Assembly (NCBI RefSeq): GCF_006345805.1
Contig: NW_021832693.1
Coordinates: 1-29,921, forward strand
DNA from: Octopus sinensis
Lineage: Eukaryota
DNA length: 29,921 nucleotides
Direction of reading: 5' to 3'
Within the stretch, counting starts at the first letter, position 1. Each line of letters begins with the position of its first letter. A program made the position numbers and the translations under genes. The notes under the pieces were generated by a model, which saw only the letters and a program-made list of their open reading frames with translations, made no database searches and was not told the DNA's origin. Shown here piece by piece: positions 24,071-29,921 of the stretch.

Positions 24071-24473
24071 AGGCATAGGAGTGGCTGTGTAGTAAGTAGC
24101 TTGCTTACCAATCACATGGTCAGGGGTTCACTCCCACTTCATGGCACCTTGTAAGTGTCTTTTACAATAGCCTCGGGCCGACCAAAGCCTTGTGAATGGA
24201 TTTCGTAGACGGAAACTGAAAGAAGCCCGTAGTATATATATGTGTGTGTGTATGTATGTATGTTTGTGTGTCTGTATTTGTCCACCCCAACATCGCTTGA
24301 CAACCGATGCTGGTGTGTTTACGTCCCTGTAACTTAGCCGTTCGGCAAAAGAGACCGATAGAATAAGTACTAGGCTTATAAAGAATAAGTCCTGGAGTCG
24401 ATTTGCTCGACTAAAGGCGGTGCTCCAGTATGACCACAGTCAAATGACTGAAACAAGTAAAAGAGTAAAAGAG
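24071..24473 (+). mobile_element. Family B SINE
   Basis: Head, centre and (TAAAAGAG)n tail as in the other B copies. Confidence 0.85.
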
Positions 24474-24535
24474 AAATTTTTAACGGCATTCGGTTTGTTC
24501 CGTCATCAGTTAGAAGAATCACTAGAGATCCAGAA

Positions 24536-24758
24536 GGCGGCGAACTGGCAGAAACGCCGGGCGAAATGCTTAGCGGTATTTCGTCTGCCGTTACGTTATG
24601 AGTTCAAATTCCGCCGAGGTCAACTTTGCCTTTCATCCTTTCGGAGTCGATAAATTAAGTACCAGTTACGCACTGAGGTCGATGTAATCGACTTAATCCG
24701 TTTGTCTGTCCTTGTTTGTCCCCTCTATGTTTAGCCCCTTTGTGGGCAATAAAGAAAT
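24536..24758 (+). mobile_element. Family A SINE monomer
   Basis: Perfect 17-bp TSD AAGAATCACTAGAGATC at 24514-24530 and 24759-24775. Confidence 0.92.
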
Positions 24759-27529
24759 AAGAATCACTAGAGATCTGGATAAAACAATTTGCTGCATTTG
24801 TTCCGGCTGTTTTGCTTTCTGAGTTCGCATTGCGCCGATGTCCAGGGTCGACGAAATGAAGTGCCAGTCAAGTAATGAGGATGAGGATGTGGAGGAGGGG
24901 GTGAGGGAGGAGGAGAGGGAGGAGGTGATTGTTGCTGTCTTTGACTTGGGCTCTGCCTATGACTTTCGTTCAACTGTCGACAGCGGCGAGATTGGTCAAT
25001 GAGATTAATGCTATTAAGTGTTTAGACTGTCGCAAATGAACCACTGCAGGAAAGGTATATGCAACAAGGACCGTACTGATGAGTAGCTTTATATGAACTG
25101 GTCCAAATGCCTTCTTTGGATGCGATATCAAATACTGGTGCCAGCAGCAGCAACGGCCCTGATTCTTCTATAAGTGTGGTATTCCATTTTGGGTGTCACC
25201 TGAAGTTTGGGGAATGTTGGCAGTTCTTAGAGACAGAAGTATTCTCTGGCTCCGAAGAGAAAAAAACAGTTTGTGTGATGCCGGTTTTGCTATCTTAGAG
25301 ATGTGAGTTCTCAACCAGAAATCCTAAGTTACGGTGAGATGGCCTTTGATGTAATCTTAATATTTCAATTTGTGTTTTGTTTATGTTTAGGTGGTAAGAG
25401 ATTCAATACTCTCATAACGTGTAGTGATTGTTTTGTTTTATTTTTAATTTGCCGTTGAAGGAAAAAAATATTGGTGTAACTCCATTGGAAGACGTCTTCG
25501 AGGTTTCCCTTTATTCTTCCAAAGATTTAGTGCAAGATATCTATGACGCTTGGGTACAGAAATTTAAGTAGGGATTAAGGTTAGTAAAATGTGACAGCAG
25601 ATAGTTAATTGATCAATAAAAGGGAGTGTTTGAGGGGACAAAATCAAAATCTGGCATACACCAGAAATCTATCATAAAAGGGAACACCATCTTTATAGAT
25701 TCGATATTTCGGTTCAGAGCCAATAAATGGATGGGGTCCCATAAGGGCAACTGTTTGAAGGGATATTTCTTAATAATATTTCTCAGTTCGTTGAAAATTA
25801 TTTCGTTTTTTTTTCTTTTATGTTCATTCTTAAACCCACTGACTTGCTCCTGCATTCAGTTGTTCTATCATAATTTGAACTTGGAACGGATATCCTGGCA
25901 GGGGACTTCGCTTTAGGTATAAAACAGGAATTACAAATTTTCCTACGATATCTATTACTAATTTGAAGCGTCTAGAGTAAAATGAACCTCTTATAAATGG
26001 GAAACGAAACTGGATAACAAACGCTTCATATTGTATAGGACTGAACAAACGTCAGAATCTGTATAGGACGGAGACTATGACATTCAAACTTTCCAAAGAT
26101 GTTAGTAACACAAATGATGTAGCTTGAATAGACTGATTTAGAAGGTGGCGGAGTTTCAAATTTGAGGTTAATGTCCCCTTCCTCTGTAGCTTGAACTATT
26201 TTCTCGGTGTTATTTTCATTTTGTGTGTGGATGGTCTGTTTATATGTACCTGTGATTATACCGGTCTAAAAACTGTTGCTTTTTGTCCTTTTATGATCAA
26301 ATCTTAACGGTTCGCTGAGAGGAAGTAGCCAAAATGACTACCAAATTGAAAGAAATGGATTCTATATAATTGACTAAACTCTTAAAAGTGGGACACTAGA
26401 ATGACTGCTGGCCGATTAGTGAAATTAGTTAAAGTATAAAAGTATATATAGAATGATTTTCACGCGGTTATATGCATATCTAGATTCGCTAACACGCACA
26501 GATCTTTCTTTATATTTAGTCACGTATTTATAGCTATTGCTATCGAAATGTGGGTCTGGAAAGAAAACGTCAATGAGTGATGCGATCTATAAGGAAAGGA
26601 ACAACGTAGCTACTGTAACAATACTTGATTCTATAGATAAAACGAAAACATTTTCTAAGTTTTACTATAAACTCACAGCGTGTCATTCTCACTGTCAAAT
26701 ATGTAACAACTAACATAAGACATTTGTTGTTAATTTCTTTTTAAATATCATAGAAATAAATTGAATCTCAATGTAAGGACACCTCTTTTCTTTTCTGGAA
26801 GGTCTTGGACATCGTTTTAGTTACAGGCAGCGAGACGAATTTATCACCACCTAGAGAGATCTAATTAGGTGTTTCACTTGAGGAGCCAGACACACGTTTA
26901 GACAACGATTATCCAGCATAGCCATAAACATGTGATTTAACCTAACTCGGTGTGTGTCCAAGAATCGAGGTGTGTGTATGTCACCGTGTGAAAATCATTT
27001 TGTATATACTTTTATATATACACTTATTTCGGTAATTGGGTTGCGATCATGCTGGGACCTCGCCTTCGTGGGCTTAGTCAGTCCTATAGATGGAAGTTCT
27101 TTCGTTTGCGTAAATATTTTATCCACTCCATCATCGAACTTGTTAGTTTGGAGATATAAAGGGACACATCATAACACTAGTGCAGATTTACCCGTATCGT
27201 TAAGAAGTTCGCTTCGCAAGCACTTTTTTCCGATTTCAATCCCGGTGCCTGATAGTGGTTGTGTATGAGTAGGGGGGGTTCAAAGGTGTCTGCTTCTGAT
27301 AGCATCGTGTGATTGTAGTCTGCCACCAGCCCTTCATTGCATTTCCTGACATGATTTAAATAAACAACTTTGCACTGATATTTCACTGCTTCACAGAGAT
27401 TACTTGATATATTTTCAATGATCAACACAAGTGAAAATGATTGCTTTCACCAAATTACTATTAATAAACGTATCCAAATTTTACATATTAGCTATTGTGA
27501 TATTTTATCATAGTATTTAAGATTGGTTT

Positions 27530-28308
27530 CCAACTGTAGCACAAGTCCATTACTTTAGGGGTAGGGGGTAATCGATAACACCGACCCCAGTGCTCAACTA
27601 GTACTTTATTTTATCAAACCCGAGAGGATAAGAGGTAAAGCCGTCCTCGGTGGAATTTGAACACAGACTGCAATGACAGACGAAATGTCGCTAAGCATTT
27701 TTCCCGGCGAGCTACTGATTCTTATTTCTTTATTACCCACAAGGGAATAAACATAGAGAGGACAAACAAGGACAGACAAACGGATTAAGTCGATTATATC
27801 GACCCCAGTGCGTAACTGGTACTTATTTAATCGACCCCGAAGGGATGAAAGGCAAAGTCGGCCTCGGAGGAATTTGAACTCAGAACGTAGCGGCAGACGA
27901 AATACCTATTTCCTTATTGCCCACAAGGGGCTAAACACAGAGAGGACAAACGGATTAAGTCGATTATATCGACCCCAGTGTGTAACTGGTACTTATTTAA
28001 TCGACCCCGAAAGGATGAAAGGCAAAGTCGACCTCGGCGGAAATTGAACTCAGAGCATAATGGCAGACGAAATACGTATTTCTTTACTACCCACAAGGGG
28101 CTAAACACAGAGAGGACAAACAAGGACAGACAAACGGATTAAGTCGATTACATCGACCCCAGTACGTAACTGGTACTTATTTAATCGATCCTGAAAGAAT
28201 GAAAGGCAAAGTCGACGTTGGCGGAATTTGAACTCACAACGTAACGGCAGACGAAATACCGCTAAGCATTTCGCCCGGCGTACTAACGCTTTGCCAGCTC
28301 GCCGCCTT
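27530..28308 (-). mobile_element. Family A SINE head plus three young units followed by an old-tail copy
   Basis: Head at 28308 reading leftward. The junction AAGAAATAAGAATC|AGTAGCTCGCCGGG at ~27718 resumes an old head. Confidence 0.88.
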
Positions 28309-28589
28309 AGTCACAGTAATTCATATTGATATCAGTATATAGCAGAATGCCCAAATGCGTTATCATAAAGGTAACAGTGATACACCATTAGTTCGTGCTC
28401 ATACGAAGAAACATAAGATTCGTAAGAAACCGCTTAATTTAAGGGTCATAACCCAGAGTTTAATTATAAATTTTGCAGAAATAGTATATTAATAAAAACC
28501 ACTCAACTTCACTTGAAGATAATAGTATTTCTGTTGTCAGAGAATCCTTAGAAAGGCAACAGAACTGAATTTCAATTTCACTTGATATA

Positions 28590-28890
28590 TCAAGTAGTGC
28601 TGTGAGTCGTTTTGTAGAATATTTGTTATGCAAATACACATACAGCAGAGAAACTCAAACATTATTCGATATTAAGAAAACAAATTAATTTATTGACGTT
28701 GAACTCTGCAGTGTATTCGTAATTTGGAACGCCTTGGTGTGGAAGAGGCAATGAAGAAAACAAGTACGGAGCGAAATGTCATTAAAGAACTACTATGATG
28801 GAATGAAATGCAAAAGATTATAAATGAATTAACAGAATATCAGAAAGTAATTCAAGGTTGGGTTATAAAACAATGAGAACTGTTAGTTGC
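28590..28890 (+). pseudogene. Highly decayed RTE-like LINE RT C-terminal region
   Basis: TYSRETQTLFDIKKTN*FIDVELC (like LYG.ETWTL...AFEMWC) followed by EEAMKKTSTERNVIKEL (like NEEVLRRA.TER.LI). Frameshifted; judged by eye. Confidence 0.45.
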
Positions 28891-29002
28891 ATTTTTGTGG
28901 ATGTTTGACTTAAGAGAAAGATAGGGCAGAGTAAAAGATAGAGAAAGAGAGAGAGCGTAATTCTATCTGAACAAAACTGATTGTTATACTAACTCAAATA
29001 TT

Positions 29003-29180
29003 TTACGTTATTTACATTCGACGGATATTTGTCCTCATCTTGTTTGTTGTTAACCACTACGCCATATGTCCACGGGAATATGTCGTAGTGGTTAAGAGCG
29101 CGGGCTACTAACCCCAAGATTCCGAGCTCGATTCCAAGCTGTGACCTGGACAATAACAACAACAACATCGAAAAATACCT

Positions 29181-29182
<2 letters not shown>
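29003..29182. mobile_element. Rearranged family D tRNA-headed element: plus-strand head (29078-29182) joined to an inverted segment
   Basis: A-box-like GTCGTAGTGG, B-box-like GAGCTCGATTCC and an (AAC)n stretch. There is an 18-bp fold-back at 29050-29067 / 29078-29095. Confidence 0.6.
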
Positions 29183-29184
<2 letters not shown>

Positions 29185-29240
<56 letters not shown>

Positions 29241-29312
29241 TGCGTATATATATATATATATCTATATATAATATATATATATATATGTATGTATATATAT
29301 ATATTATATATG

Positions 29313-29343
<31 letters not shown>

Positions 29344-29524
29344 GTATATATATGTATATATATATATTATATATATATATTATATGTATATATGTATATA
29401 TATGTATTATATATATGTATATATATGTATATATATGTATATATATATGTTATATATATATGTATATTATATATATATATGTATATATATATATGTAATA
29501 TATATATATATATATGTATAATAT

Positions 29525-29582
<58 letters not shown>

Positions 29583-29585
29583 GTA
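29185..29585. repeat. (TA)n/(TG)n/(TATG)n microsatellite
   Basis: Direct reading; it is the source of the ORFs at 29141-29598. Confidence 0.97.
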
Positions 29586-29921
29586 TCTCTTATTATAAAA
29601 GGCAGATTTTATCTGCCTCCCTTTGGGAGTTATACAAATCTACAATATAGGATTTCTTCAATTACAATTTACCTAGCAGTTTTAAGAGTACAATGCATCG
29701 CGTCATGCCAGGTCCAGTTTTTAAAATTTAAACTCCAATTAAGCAAAATTTACAGAAAACTCACATTCTGGTGTGTGTGTCAAATGCTTTTCTTAGTCTG
29801 GTTTACACCACACGCAAACGCACACACACACAAAGGGAGCGAATTGTTTCACTCACGCTATCACCCTTCTCCTCCTTTGTCTTTGCAAGTTGGCAGCTAT
29901 TAAAGTGAAAACAGTGAATCC

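Noticed and set aside
26954-27428. ORFs of 104 aa (+) and 83 aa (-)
   Set aside because: No supported homology; there is only a faint resemblance to a LINE C-terminus, too weak to call.

Overview
This is an AT-rich, almost entirely repeat-derived eukaryotic window with no recognisable intact protein-coding gene, rRNA, true tRNA or CRISPR. The mix of tRNA-headed SINE families and very long (TA)n/(TATG)n tracts resembles an octopod (Octopus-like) genome; this assignment is from recall and not verified. The dominant family ('A') occurs at about 15 loci, often as head+(~185-190 bp)n tandem arrays. Four other tRNA-headed SINE families (B, C, D, E) are also present. Decayed autonomous-element remnants include an RNase H-bearing I-group LINE split by a microsatellite, HERO-like and R4/Dong-like RLE LINE ends, an RTE LINE, a Tc1 transposase and a possible BEL gag. 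There is also a non-autonomous Helitron and Penelope-type hammerhead remnants. Nearly all ORF-track entries are microsatellite or SINE artefacts. The most interesting signal is that family A appears to home into its own copies: its 3' end (…AAAGAAATA|GGTAT) matches an internal GGTATTT site, and target-site duplications in both SINE and non-SINE DNA start with GGTAT. Other oddities are a SINE flanked by a ~108-bp direct repeat, a 69-bp inverted duplication, head-swapped SINE chimeras and a few weak candidate exons.
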